Part shown: one piece after another, positions 13,151 through 26,244 of the stretch | How positions within the stretch are numbered: position 1 is the stretch's first letter | How the letters are laid out: each line of letters opens with the position of its first letter | From: Octopus sinensis | Taxonomy: Eukaryota | Reading direction: 5' to 3' | DNA: 64,000 nucleotides | NCBI RefSeq assembly: GCF_006345805.1 | Contig: NW_021833055.1 | Span: forward strand, 1-64,000 | The notes under the pieces: model-generated | The model's database searches: none | Told to the model about the DNA's origin: nothing | Seen by the model: only the letters and a program-made list of their open reading frames with translations | Program-made: the position numbers and the translations under genes

Positions 13151-13967
13151 TCTCTACAGGTATTTGATCAAGTCATTGGTCATTTCACAGGGAGTTCTCC
13201 TCGATGAAATCTCTAAGCGCGAATCAAAATATTGATCTTTCGTATGATTTCAGTACGGTTTATATAAAACCGATCTTGACATAGGGTGCAAATATAGGAA
13301 TATGTAAAAAATGGTAGGGTTCATAGTTCCCTGAGACGTGAACATCACTAACGCTGTCTTGAGGAAAGACAGAAAATACAATGAGTGTCTTGAATACTGT
13401 GAATAGATTTGAGGAATTATACGTTCCTGCAGAGACACGTATATGTAGGATTTGTTGGTGGTAAGGTTCACTAGATACTCAAGTATTTGGGACTTGAAGG
13501 AGATGAAAGATGCGGAAGCTGCTGAAGAAGTAAATATTTATATCTGCCACAGGAGTGGTGATGAGAATAGAAACATTTGGCCCAGAGTCACTACATTTGA
13601 CACAACAATGCTCGAGCTGTTGTGTAGGAGGTCTCTCTGGAGTCGTGTCTGAAAGAGCCGAATCATCTACACTGCTGTTTAACTGCTTGGTGAAGACACT
13701 TTCTACATCCGGAGACGAAGTATAGCTGCACTTTCGGTACATACTTGCTACCCGAAATGTATTGTGGTCGCCGTAAGATGAAACCCTTCACTTTTCGGAC
13801 TTGAATAGCCATGGGATTGCACTTACAAAATTACCCCCACAGCCACAGGTCCTGGCAATGTTGTGTACGGAAGTCCAGCTATCATCCATGCATAGCAGAC
13901 ACTTCTCTCCACGCCAGAGATGGTACCCAAACGAAATGCTGAGACTAATATATCTTGGTATCAGTGA

Positions 13968-14115
13968 TCTCACAGTTCATTTCTACAGCTGAGTGAACTG
14001 GAGCAACGTGAAATAAAGTGTCTTGCTCAAGAACAAAATATACACACCCAAGTACAGGTATCGAATTCACAACTTCATGATTATGAGTCTGATGCTGTAA
14101 CCAAAGAGCATTACA
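13968..14115 (-). mobile_element. Degenerate tRNA-derived SINE family F
   Basis: agctgagtgaactggagcaacgtgaaataaagtgtcttgctcaagaacaa is the reverse complement of a CORE-like ttcttgagcaagacactttatttcacgttgctccagttcactcagct motif, also present at 19110-19170. Confidence 0.7.
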
Positions 14116-14539
14116 CTTCCGTAGAGTTTATCTAAAAAAGCAAAAAACAAAAAAAAACACTCCCTTTCTTAGAATATTTTCACGTGATTTTTGAAGATTT
14201 GGTTGTTATGTTCAGCAACAAGTTGAGAAAAAATATGAAGCCAACTTCACTAGAGTCAATTGTATCAAATTTCTATGCTGTGCACGCAATAAGTACTATT
14301 ATAAATCTAAGTGAAAATATTGTTTATTGTTAACTATTAAGTAGTAAGATTTCGTTTTGGTCTGAAAAATACCCCTCGGTCATTATACGAATCTCTCTTT
14401 AATCAGAAGGAAATTCAGCGCGAGTAGAATTCTATATTTAAAAATGTTTTACAATCACAGCTGTTATATTTTTCCATTACGCCAGATAATTTATCATTAA
14501 CTCAAGCCGAATATCGATTGCATAGTTACATACATACAT

Positions 14540-14717
14540 ACATATATATATATTATATATATATATATACAGCTATGTTTATACATGTAGCATATATATA
14601 TATTTATATACATATACATACATATATATATACATACACACATACATTAGATACTATACATATACATATATAATGTATATATATATATTATATAGTATAG
14701 ATATATATATATAATAT

Positions 14718-14769
<52 letters not shown>

Positions 14770-15069
14770 ATAATATATTACGTGTATGCAATATATAGAA
14801 AGAGTGAAAAAAGACAGAGACAGATAGATATATTCATATACATATATATATATAATATATATGTATACATATATCTGTCTATCTGTATCTATCTATATGT
14901 GTGTACATATATATATATATATATAATAATATATAGATATATATAATATATATATTATAATATATATATAATATATATATATTTGTATATATGTATATAT
15001 ACATTTTTGTGTAATATATATATATATAATAGATATATATATATATATATACACATATATAGACACACA

Positions 15070-15101
<32 letters not shown>

Positions 15102-15135
15102 CTATTATATATATATATATATATATAATATGTGT
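14540..15135. repeat. Compound (TA)n-rich microsatellite
   Basis: About 600 bp of interrupted TA repeats. Confidence 0.9.
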
Positions 15136-15810
15136 GTGTATGTATGTATGTATATACACGTGTGTATATGTACAAGTGAAATCCGTGTGCGTGCCTACTA
15201 ATGCGTGTGTTTTGTAACTGTAGGCTAAAATCTAAATTTCCGTAATGTGGTGAAATGTCTGGATGTTGCTACTAACTGCCGAATTCAAAGGAAGCATTCT
15301 TCACTGTTTTCAATAAATGGTTGTGTCTGTTGAAACTAGTAATTTTGATTGTATTACCCCGGAGGATTCTTCAATCTCAATTGGAAAACACGAATACGGT
15401 TGTAAAAACTTGTATACACATACTCATACACATGACCACGCAATGTTTGTGTGTGTGTTTGCATGTTATATATATATATATGTGTGTGTGAGGGGGGGGC
15501 GTTGTGTGTGTTGTTTGTGGGTGTGAGAGAGAGTGTGTGTGTTTATATACACATTTTTATACATACATGCATACATATATATGCATAAGCATATATATGT
15601 AGTATATATATATATATATGTGTGTGTGCATGTGTGTATGTGTGTGTGTTTGTGTGTGTGTATGTGTGTGTGCGTGCGTTGTGTGTGTTGTTTGTGAGGG
15701 GGAGAGAGAGTGTGTGTGTGTTTGTTTATACACACATACACATAATACATGCATACATATATATGCATAAGCATATATATGTATGTATATATATATATGG
15801 TGTATGTGTG

Positions 15811-15841
<31 letters not shown>

Positions 15842-16342
15842 ATTAAAGCCGACTATGTGTCTGGATATACTTCTTTACGAAAGCCACGCGGACGCGTTCG
15901 CTTGCTAGTGTGTGTATATATGTATTTGTTTATATGTGAGTGTGTGTGTGAAAGTGTGTATTACATCAGGACCAAAAAGGAGAAAGCGTGGTGGCGTCGA
16001 TACGGAATATTGCTACTTTAAAGATCTCGCATTTGCGATCATCAAGTTCTTAGTTCGATCCTCTGTACTGCATATTCAATTTGGCAAATTCTATTAACGC
16101 TTGATGTAACAGGAATTATGTCGGAATTATCTGTATTGAGTCTCGTCAAATAGATAGTACAAGTAAAAAATTGTCGTCTTGGGCACATACGTTTCAACAG
16201 TGATTGTGTAAAACTTAAGGGATACCTTTCCGTTAAACTGGAAAGTTTTTTTGGACATTACGAGCGCGAGCCATTTGTTATATAGGAAAACAGCGACATA
16301 CAAAGATGCATTCCAGATGTTTCAAGACATATTTCTTTAAAA

Positions 16343-17105
16343 AGTCTGGAATGTCGTGTAGCAGAAGAACTCCGTGCTGACAATTAGGTATTTTCTCTTG
16401 AATAACCGTTTTGAGTCGTTCCATGTATTGATCTTAGAGTTCTGCGTTAACCGTTTGGTTCCGTTCAAGCAAATCGTAATGGGTAATCCCTTCCCAGTCC
16501 TATCATGGGCACAACGTCTTTTTACGCGGATGAAGGTCTTGTTTACGCGCGGTGTCGCTTGTTTACCGGGGCTAAGCCGTTCCTTTCGCTACTTCATATT
16601 GATGTACAGGCACCAACTTCGTCGTCAGTAAAGATTTCGTAAAGAAATCGTTGCTTTCGAACATGAGTTAAGCAGTGACGAGCAAGCAAACCAAATAGAG
16701 ATTGTGGCTCGTTGATCTTTGTTGTTGTCACTTGAAGCATGCGGAACCAATGTTCCATATTTCTGAACCTTTCCCATCGAGTGAAGATGCATCTCTTTAG
16801 TAGTGTGGGAGCATTCCATTTTCTCTGCCAGTTCCCTTTCTGTTATTTGACGAGAATTTTCGTGCAACATTTGGTTTATTCGTTCTTCATCGAACACAAG
16901 TGGACGGCCAGAACGAGGTGCGCCTTTGAGGTAAAATTTCTATTTTTGAACTTGGCATACCAATCACTAGCGTTTCTTTCAGCTATAACACCCTCTCCAT
17001 ACACAGCACAAATGTCGTGAGTAGCTTTTGCGCCCTTAGAACCTTGATTAAAATCGAAAGAAGGAGGTGTCGAAAACGCTCGTTTATTTAAACTTGACAT
17101 TCCAT
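16343..17105 (-). pseudogene. Mariner D,D34D transposase pseudogene (N-terminal HTH region to second catalytic Asp)
   Basis: ATG at 17105. Fragments read MECQV*, ICAVYGEGVIAERNASDWYAKFKN, FDEERINQMLHENSRQITERELAEKMECSH, LVPHA (WVPHEL-like motif), RFLYEIFTDDE, WEGITHYDLLERNQTVNAEL, GVLLLHD. Several stops and frameshifts; YSPDL region absent. Confidence 0.92.
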
Positions 17106-17269
17106 TTTAATGATTTGAAAATAAACAAAAATTAACTAGAAAAATAAAATAGATTCCAAAATGATTCAAAACTAGAATTCTGGAAAAAACCCCAAAATAT
17201 TCCAATATTTAAAAACGCGATAAATTCCAAAATAATAAAAAAACGACAGGAAGATAGTTGGCAAACCAA
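16343..17269 (-). mobile_element. Mariner transposon, 3'-truncated, left TIR retained
   Basis: TIR (minus TTGGTTTGCCAACTATCTTCCTGTCGTTTTT) ends at 17269 followed by TA; the transposase remnant lies inside. Confidence 0.92.
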
Positions 17270-17286
17270 TATGTATACCATATATA

Positions 17287-17317
<31 letters not shown>

Positions 17318-17526
17318 GTGTCTACTTACGGCAGGAGGCACAAAGGAATGCCGTTCCATCCTACTCACCAATTTACAAGAAACTTTGCACCAAAAGTTAA
17401 TCACACTTAGCGGCATTCCAGCAAAATTGACTGGTTAGAACCAGTGGCAAATAACAGACATTAGAAAGAAGAGATTACGTAGCTTATAATTATAGTTGTA
17501 TTCTGATATCTCTTTTCATCTTGTGG

Positions 17527-17898
17527 TACTTCATTGGTTAAGAAGACGAGGATTCCGGTTGATACAACCAACGGAATAGCTTGCTCGTGAAATCAACGTG
17601 CAAATGTAAGAGCACTTCACAGAAACGTATACCCTTAACGTAGTTCTCGGGTAGATTCAGCGTGACACAGAGCGTGACAAGGCTCCCCCTTTGAAATACA
17701 GGTACAGCAGAAACAGGAAGAAAGTTTGATAGAAAGTTGTGGTGAAAGAGAACGGCAGGGTTCGCCACAACTACATGTCGGAACCTCGTGGAGCTTTTTG
17801 ATGTGTTTTCAGCCAATAAATACTCACAACGCCCGGTCTGGGAATCGAACCCGCAATCCTACGACCGCGGGTCTGCTGCCCCTAACCACCGGGCCATT
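17527..17898 (-). mobile_element. Full-length tRNA-derived SINE family C
   Basis: Colinear with 53228-53614 (gagaactacgttaagggta body; head ggttagggcagcagacccgcggtcgtaggattgcgggttcgattcccagaccgggcgt). Confidence 0.9.
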
Positions 17899-18337
17899 AC
17901 TAATCATAACATGAAATGCGTTCAGTTACGATTAGTTAAAAGTACAACATTAGTCTGTTCTGTTGTAGTGTTAACTAATATTACACACTTTACTGAAACG
18001 CAAACTCGTAATAGCTCTACCACACAACATCAATAACAGTGGACTAAAAATGTTTCGGAAGAACAGTGAGTAACATACATATGTATATACGTGACTTCTT
18101 ATGAAATAGCTTATAGGCTTCTTACATTAAAATCCTGCCCAGCAAGATATTTTATTTTAAGGATCCTATTGTATGCTATATTAGAAAAGTTTCAATTTAA
18201 TGTACTGGTAGATATCTAAGCGTATATCGCCTTGAGTAAATACATGACATAGCTAAGTAGCAAGCACATATGCAGACATTATGGATTGGAGACTGTGAGC
18301 AGTATGTTGCATATATATATATATATGTATATATATT

Positions 18338-18412
<75 letters not shown>

Positions 18413-18458
18413 TTTACATATGCGCACACACATATATCTATCTATCTATATATCTATA

Positions 18459-18493
<35 letters not shown>

Positions 18494-19036
18494 ATATATA
18501 TATATATATTATATATATATAATGACTGTGTATGTGTGTATGAATGTATTTATGTATGTATATTTGTATGCATAAATGTATGTATATATGTGTCTATGCA
18601 TGTGTGTGTGTGTAATTTATGCCAAAATCCAATGTTTTGTATACGTAGGATTAATATAATAGATATCCGGGGAAGTTTCTGCTGATGGAAAATGGTTTCT
18701 AGTATAGCGATATATTTGGACTCCATCAGAACAAGGGCTGACAATACACTTGAGCAGATCCCACAGTTTCTTCGTGTGATAAAGTAACTCGGGAATATAT
18801 TTCATAGCTATAAAAATATTATTATTCGGATAATAGAATATATTTCATCTTTTATTTGCTTCACTCATTGGACTGCAACCATGACTATTCACCTGCGTGA
18901 AGGGGCCTTTGACGAACCGATCGCGTCCATTTACGATATATTTACTTCATCGTACGCTTTTGCCGATAGAGTACGATAGCGAGAATTTTTACTTCACTTT
19001 TCTCCGTCCACTCAGCTATAGAAATGCATAAAACTA

Positions 19037-19300
19037 GTGGAGAAGCATCACTTAGTGGTTAGCGTGTTGGATTCACGACCGTAACATTTAGGTTCGAGCC
19101 CAAGACCGGGCGGTAGATTGTGCTCTGAAGCAAAACACTTTATTTCGCGTTGCACCAGTTCACTGAGCTCTGGAGATGAGTTGAACCTGAAGAGGAATGT
19201 GCATCGCCGGGCTTTCTCGAACAAGATACGCTACATTGCTGCAGCGCCCGAAAGCCCCCAAGTGGTTAAGGGACATGTCAATTGTCAACCTTTTGCCGAA
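19037..19300 (+). mobile_element. SINE family F
   Basis: tRNA-like head cttagtggttagcgtgttggattcacgaccg...aggttcgagccc, followed by gcaaaacactttatttcgcgttgcaccagttcactgagct. Confidence 0.75.
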
Positions 19301-19344
19301 CAGCTAAATTAAGGGGTCGTAAAATATTTCCTGTCGTGATTTTT

Positions 19345-19545
19345 CCGGGGACCAACAAAGTGACACACACACTGACATAAACACAAGCATACATCAACAC
19401 ACACACAGACATATATGCGGCAGGCTCCAGTCAGTCTCCAATTTCCTTTTGAACAGCCTCGTGCAAGACAAGTGCCGAACGTTCACGAAGTGGGACCGAA
19501 CCTAGAACCATATCGGTGCTAAGCAAAAATCTTACGACACAACCC
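19345..19545 (-). mobile_element. Degenerate SINE family A
   Basis: caagacaagtgccgaacgttcacgaagtgggaccgaacctagaaccatat resembles the reverse complement of the family A head. Confidence 0.5.
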
Positions 19546-19575
19546 TGCCAGCGTAAACTCTGTATATATATGTTT

Positions 19576-19652
19576 GCACAAGGCGGCGAGCTGGGAGAGA
19601 CGTTAGCACATCGGGCGAAATGCTTAGCGTTATTTCGATCTATGTTCAAATT
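19576..19652 (+). mobile_element. SINE family B head fragment
   Basis: aaggcggcgagctgggagagacgttagcacatcgggcgaaatgcttagcgttatttcg...gttcaaattcc. Confidence 0.8.
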
Positions 19653-19793
19653 CCACCATCCCCTGCCGGAGCCTCATTGAGCTTTAGGTGTTTTCGCTCA
19701 ATAAACACTCACAACGCCCGGTCTGGGAATCGAAACCGCGATCCTACGACCGCGAGTCCGCTGCCCTAACCACTGGGCCATTGCGCCTCCACT
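19653..19793 (-). mobile_element. SINE family C/D 5' fragment
   Basis: Near-perfect reverse complement of head agtggaggcgcaatggcccagtggttagggcagcggactcgcggtcgtaggatcgcggtttcgattcccagaccgggcg. Confidence 0.9.
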
Positions 19794-19974
19794 GTGAATG
19801 ATATAATGCAATGCAAAATGCTGAAATATGCCTGAAGATTTCTTCTTTCCTCGCCACTCATAATACAATCATATCACACATCGATTAAATTTCTTCATTT
19901 ATTAGAAAGGGAGAAAGAGAGAAAAAGGAAGGGAGAAGAAAGAGAGAGGGGAGAAAGAGAATGTGAGATAGGGA

Positions 19975-20003
19975 GGAAACAGAGAGAGAGAGAGAGAGGG
20001 TGA

Positions 20004-20044
<41 letters not shown>
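19975..20044. repeat. (GA)n microsatellite
   Basis: Run of ga units within a purine-rich tract. Confidence 0.9.
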
Positions 20045-20046
<2 letters not shown>

Positions 20047-21305
20047 TAAAAAAACATATAATTATTTCTAATTAGCTTTTAAGTTACCCGTTAAAGAAGT
20101 CAACGTGACCTTAGGTTTTTCTTTTGAAGCTGACAACCTTTGTCTGTTATTAAAAATCTAATTTTTGGTTGTGTAAACTAATATAGTGAAAATATTTCTC
20201 ACCGCGTATATCGCCTTCAGTTACATCCTATAACGCGGACTCCGAGATCTTTATCGCGGTACGGAGCACATGTACTTTATCGGGTTTCATTTCAAATGCG
20301 GAATTTAATGATTGAAAAAGAAAAAAAATTATCCCGAGGGATATAATGTAGTTAGCAGGATAAAATATCAGCAAACTTGCCAAATATTGTGTTTAGTAGC
20401 GTTCTAATTCTATTTTTCTATTTTTTAAATTTTTTTTATTTAGTATGTAATTAAATACCCAAAATATTACATATTCTATGCTGTCTTGTTCATAGAAGAA
20501 ATACCAACAGCCTCTTTCTGTCCCTTTCTCGGTTCCCTCTATTCTTCGATTCTCTCTCTCTCTCTCTCTCTCTCTCACCTTCTTTCTCTCAGTATATATA
20601 TATATATATATATATGTACGTATTTACAGAGAGGGGTATATATGTGTGTATGTATGCATGCGTATGCTTAGTTGTATGTGTATAACCATATAAACATATG
20701 TAAATGATATATGTATATATACTACACAATTACACACACACTCTCACACACACGCACACACACACACATACATCTAAGTATGTTTATGTAGCTTTGCAAT
20801 TCTCGAAAACCATTCTCCGCACTGAAAGACACACACAGGTGCAGTATTTTGTATTATTTTCATTAATTAATTAAATTATTAATTGATCGATCGGCATCGC
20901 TAAGCCATTCATTAAGCAGCCACGCACTTTTCAAATATCTACTGCAAATAGCTTGGATGTCCATTTTAATCAATAAGCTGCGAATACGTTTGTTTCTGAT
21001 CGCGTGTGTCCTTCTTTGCAAGCGTGAATCTCTTATTTGAATGAATGTATACTGTATTGTTGCCTTCATGAAACTCTATCAACGCACACAGGCAGGCATA
21101 CTTGTAAATGTGTGTGTGTGTGTGTCCTTGAGTGTGTGTGTGCATGTGTGTATGTACGTATGTATATTTTTATATATATCTATATATATATGTATGTATA
21201 TATATTATATATAGGTTTGTGAGTGTGTATACAAATATAATTATATACAATTATATATATATATGTACGTATGTATGTATATATATATATCTGTCTGCGT
21301 GTGTG

Positions 21306-21359
<54 letters not shown>

Positions 21360-21759
21360 ATATATATATTATATAATATATATATATATAATATATATAT
21401 CTAATATAGGATAAAAAGGTTTTTCGAAAAACAATTCTTTTCGGAAAAAATGTTATCAATGGCCAGCATATTAAAAAATACCTTAAAGGTTAAATTTATA
21501 ACCTTCCATGGATATGAGTAATTATCTCATTTATTTTTTTTGCCACATGTATCACTGACAAAGGTAGGGCTGTTATGAGCTAACCCTGAAATCGGTCCGA
21601 TATGGTAATAATGGTATTTTTTAGAAATTTCTGTTGACCTTTTTTCGAGTAGCGTGCGTATTGTGAAAAAATTATATGGTTGTTGTACAATATGTCCAAT
21701 TTTTCGGCATATTTGGCATTAGAATTTTTTTCGTTTGCCCTTATTTATGAATTTTATAC

Positions 21760-21792
<33 letters not shown>

Positions 21793-22822
21793 ATATATAT
21801 ATACACGTTTGTATACGAAACGTATTATAAGGGATAATTTTGCAAACACAAACGTTTTTTTTCTCTTCTTTTTTAACCTACCTGCCAGTTAAAAAATACT
21901 TCATTCACCCAACGGCAGAAGCGGATCGATTGAGCAAAACTGTATATGTTATAATCAGTTTTCTGTCCTTAGCAATTCAATACATCACCGAAGACTGCAC
22001 GTCTATTCTTCTCCTGCCCCTACTATACTGTAAACCCAAGTCAAACCAGTTCGAACACAGATGTGCTTTTGTGTGTGCTGACAGACTTCACTGAATATTG
22101 ACATGGCTGCTCACATACTTAAGAAACATACCACACATAAACCGATACACATATGTACACACACACGCATGTGATCATCTCTGATATTGACTTTGGTATT
22201 CTGGTTTTATATTTCATATTTTCTTCACCAGATCTGTTATACGATTTTTTTTATTAATTATTTTTTTTTGTCGAACTTTTATGGCGTTCTCTGCAATTAT
22301 GTTTAGAGATTTTAGAGATGATTTCTTGAAATAAAAATTCTGCATGAAAAACACTGAAAACAGCAACAACAACAACAAAGAACAAACAAATATGATATTT
22401 AACACGATTAATGAACATAAATATATAATATTTAACATGAATAATAAACATAAACTATATAGGCTAGAGATGAATGACAGATGTCATATTTACTTTCTCT
22501 TCCTAATATATGAAATGTTATCCTGCATATAATGTTCAATAATGCGAGGCTATGAAATCGAAATGGCTGATACACAAGTAAATTGAGATAGATAATTATC
22601 GATGAGATCAAAAACATTCGATTGATACTTTCATTTCCAGATATAATCTCTTCAATTTAGCTTCTAATGACAGCAAAATTTTGTTTCTTTTTTAATTTTT
22701 TTCAGATTTTGTATGAAGATCGGTAGCATAAAATTATTTGTAGTACATCGTCTCTATAAACAATTATATGGATATATGTTTGCTTATCTATAATACGCAC
22801 GCACACACACACTTATATGCAT

Positions 22823-22906
<84 letters not shown>

Positions 22907-23194
22907 TATATATATATTATATATATATATATATATGTATAAATACATACATAGAAAGAGAGTGAGTGGAAGATAGACAGAGAGAAGGGAGTGTTATGAT
23001 AGCCAAGTGTAAGAATGTGTGCTCAACTTAGTCTTTGGTGGTTATGCATTTACATTCCTACCAATGGCTATATGTGGAACACTTTTGACCCGATGTACTT
23101 AAAGATATTGACATTCGCGCCCAATTTAAATGTGACTTCAGGAGAATAGGCGTGTATACGCATTGTCCCAGTTCTAGTGCTGCACTTACAGTTT

Positions 23195-23465
23195 TGTTTG
23201 CCAACCACATTGATTCGGGAGCTGTCCCAAGGTATGGTACCATGCGACTTGTCAATACCAATATATCCCGAGGTGTTCTAAAGCCCTGTGAGTGGATTTT
23301 CGTCTAAAAAGATCAAATACATTCGTCATATATATACACACAGACACATCTAAGTATATCTGAACGTTTGTGCTTGTCTCCGTTCTGTTGACAACCTATG
23401 TCGGTTTGTTTACTTCGCCGTAACGTAGCAATTCGGCAAAATAAACCGAAAAAATAAGTAACAGG
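23195..23465 (+). mobile_element. Highly degenerate SINE family A
   Basis: aagccctgtgagtggattttcg...gttgacaacctatgtcggtttgtttacttcgccgtaacgtagcaattcggcaaaataaaccga...ataagta follows the family A body. Confidence 0.55.
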
Positions 23466-24744
23466 TATTTATAATCAATAGTTAGTCGGTTCGATTTATA
23501 CGACTAGAAATTCCTGAAGGCTTTGCCACAACATGGCCTTCGATGTTTTGCTGACATCCCACATTCATGGAATGAGCGCAGACAGACACGGATGTGAAAA
23601 TCAGAGAGCGTGTGTAATTTTATAAAACCGTCTGTAATGTTATAACATCGTTTAAAGAGCATACAAAATGAAGGCCACTGAGAGCTCCTACAAATATGCC
23701 CGGTGAATATTTACCATATTTTATTTATTCGTACATTGTTAAGCGTTAACACAAAAACCGCTGTTATATCGAACGACAGAAATAGAATGTTAGGCCAATG
23801 TGTCAATATGAATAATAGAAATATTCGCTCGGAGATAGCAATCTGGCTATGAATAGTCTACAGACACAGCGACTGTAAAATTAGATGTTGACTTTGAAAC
23901 CAAGGGCCAATGTGTCACACTTACCACAATGGAGAAAGATGGTCTTGTTGTTGCGATTCCCGTTTTTATTGTTGTAATAGTTGTTGTTGGGGTTAAAGGT
24001 GTGGTTGAGAGATAGTGAAGATACGGGACGGAATGTTGAATAAATAACTGCCGCGGTTTAATTAATTTCAGATAATTTGATTTTTATTTAAATTTGCAAA
24101 ACAAAACAAAATGTAGTAAATAGATACTCAGGGCAACGACATTAGTAAAGGTAACGCTAAGTTGAAGTGTAATAAAAAAAAAGACAATAACAGGATAAAC
24201 AACAGCATTTAACTGTAAAAAAACCAAAATTGCAATAAAATACCGGAAAACCATCAACGATATAAAAAGTTACAGAGAGGTCAGAAATACAGGAAAAGCA
24301 AGAGCAGCAGGGGCAGTAGGAGCAGCAGTAACAATAACAGAAAAAAAACACAGCATCAACTCTGTCCAAAAGACGCTGGAAACTACAACGACATCAACAG
24401 CAACAACAGCCACAAAAACGCCGAGAAAACTACAACGCAATAATAAAGAAAACTATACAATATCCGAAAAAGGAAACTTTAATAGATTTCTTGAGGAGAC
24501 GAAGAAGAGTAAACAAAACTTAGAGGAACAAACATTGATAATAGACAAACAATAATAGTATAATTAGAGAATTTTGAATGTGCTGAATTTATAGTCATTA
24601 GGGCCCTCGGCTAAGACGGCTTGCATTATTTATTTCATCTCTCTGCGCTGAGTGTTCAAAATCCGCAGTGGGCAACTGCCTTTCTTTATTGGCTTCATTT
24701 TCTGTCGTTCGTCATTATTTGTGTGTGTGTGGGGGGTCGATTGT

Positions 24745-25140
24745 GTTCAAATTCCGCCGGGGTCGACTTTGCCTTTCATCCTTTCGGGGTCGATTAAATA
24801 AGTACCTATTTCTTTATTACCCACAAGGGGCTAAACACAGAGGGGACAAACAAGGACAGACATGGGTATTAAGTCGATTACATCGACTCCAGTGTGTAAC
24901 TGGTGCTTAATTTATCGACCCCGAAAGGATGAAAGGCAAAGTCGACCTCGGCGGAATTTGAACTCACAACGTAACGCAGACGAAATACCGCTAAGCATTT
25001 CGCCCGGCGTGCTAACGTTTCTGCCAGCTCGCCGCCTTTAAATAAGTACCAGTCGATTAAATAAGTACCAGTTACTTAATGAGGCCGATGTAATCGACTT
25101 AATCCCTTCCCCAAAATTTCAGGCATTGTGCTTCCAGTAG
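24745..25140 (+). mobile_element. Host SINE family B (plus strand) interrupted by a younger minus-strand copy
   Basis: Body runs 24745-24806, resumes at 25038 with ttaaataagtaccag...gatgtaatcgacttaatcccttccccaaaatttcagg. Confidence 0.85.
24807..25037 (-). mobile_element. Full-length SINE family B inserted in a SINE B, 13-bp TSD
   Basis: Complete head-to-tail copy flanked by ttaaataagtacc at 24794-24806 and 25038-25050. Confidence 0.92.
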
Positions 25141-25174
25141 AAATGATTTTGGCGGGGAACGATGAATAATACAC

Positions 25175-25385
25175 CAGTCCACACGTATGGCCTCGTGATC
25201 GTAGAATTCCAGGTTCGACGCCTGACACCGGACGTTTTTAATAAAAAAAAAAACACTTCATTTGAAGTTGCTCAGGTCTGCTCAGCTGGCATAAGTGAGT
25301 CATCCTGAGATAAACTGGCGTCCCGTCCAGGAGCTCTGTCGATACGCCAGATAAATATTCAGACTGGGTCTATGAGTTTATATGA
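25175..25385 (+). mobile_element. Degenerate SINE family F
   Basis: ccaggttcgacgcctg...aacacttcatttgaagttgctcaggtctgctcagctgg...gataaactggcgtcccgtccagg. Confidence 0.55.
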
Positions 25386-26244
25386 CAAGGCAAGGAATTT
25401 TAACTATATTTGCTTTTACCTTATGCTTTTCCAACTTAATCTTCGAGCGATTTGAAATGGGGTGGGGAAGAACCGAAAAATTAGTGGAAGGCATTTCCTC
25501 CGCTGCTTTAACGTTTTTCCCATTTCATTACACAAACAAATTAAAATACCAATGATAATACGAAAGTTAAACAACATCGCATCCGACAACAACAACAACA
25601 CCAACAACAATGACAAAATTAACCATAACAATATTAACTACCATAGCAATAGCGATAACTATAACAATATTTTAAGTAGAGTTCGTCCAGAAGATAGTAA
25701 ATATTTGATATCATGTCAATTCAATTAACTTGAAGAAGTTGCGAGATTATTATTTCTATTTTAATAATATAAAACTGAGGGAAATATAGAAATTTTTGCA
25801 AAAGAAAACAAAAACCAAAAATAATACACAGTTATTTCTAAAAAACAAAATATTTTTTCTCTCGTTGAATTTGTTTATGTAAAGAGACAGCTGTGAATGT
25901 GAAATTGCAAAAGTATATAGTTTTTATTTTACAGCATTCTTAACGATGATCAACGAATCCCTAATATTGAATAACAATAATGATTAAAATATAGGAGTGA
26001 AAAAAAAATATTGCTATATTTTATATAGTTTATTTTATTTTTTTTTTGTTTTTGTTTGTTTTCAGCGGCTGTTGCTCGATCTACACTAAAGGATAGTAAA
26101 CTCATCGACAATAACAACACAAAACAACAAATCCACCTTCCCCCCAACACACGCACACTTTACTTCGTCCTCTGCTTAAAACTAATAATACTACTGTTAT
26201 CACCGCTATTGCTTATATTCTCTTCTACTCTAGACATATGAGGG

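Noticed and set aside
16309-16353. 9-bp inverted repeat cattccaga/tctggaatg at the mariner truncation point
   Set aside because: One arm is simply mariner sequence and 9 bp is within chance expectation.
17840-17898. tRNA-like sequences at SINE heads (also 7530-7588, 19725-19793, 53550-53614)
   Set aside because: They continue into SINE bodies and lack a clean cloverleaf and acceptor stem, so they are not tRNA genes.
18220-20217. Exact 14-mer gcgtatatcgcctt at 18220 and 20204
   Set aside because: No extension on either side; isolated 14-mer matches are expected in 64 kb.
24199-24552. 118-codon stop-free plus frame without ATG (Thr/Lys/Ala-rich)
   Set aside because: The strand is T-poor, derived from degenerate ACA/GCA repeats, so stops are rare; no splice or homology support.
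26041-26100. Strong plus-strand acceptor at 26064-26065 (similar ones at 8221, 22705, 46484, 58117)
   Set aside because: No matching strong donor or recognisable peptide; T-rich tracts ending in AG are common here.
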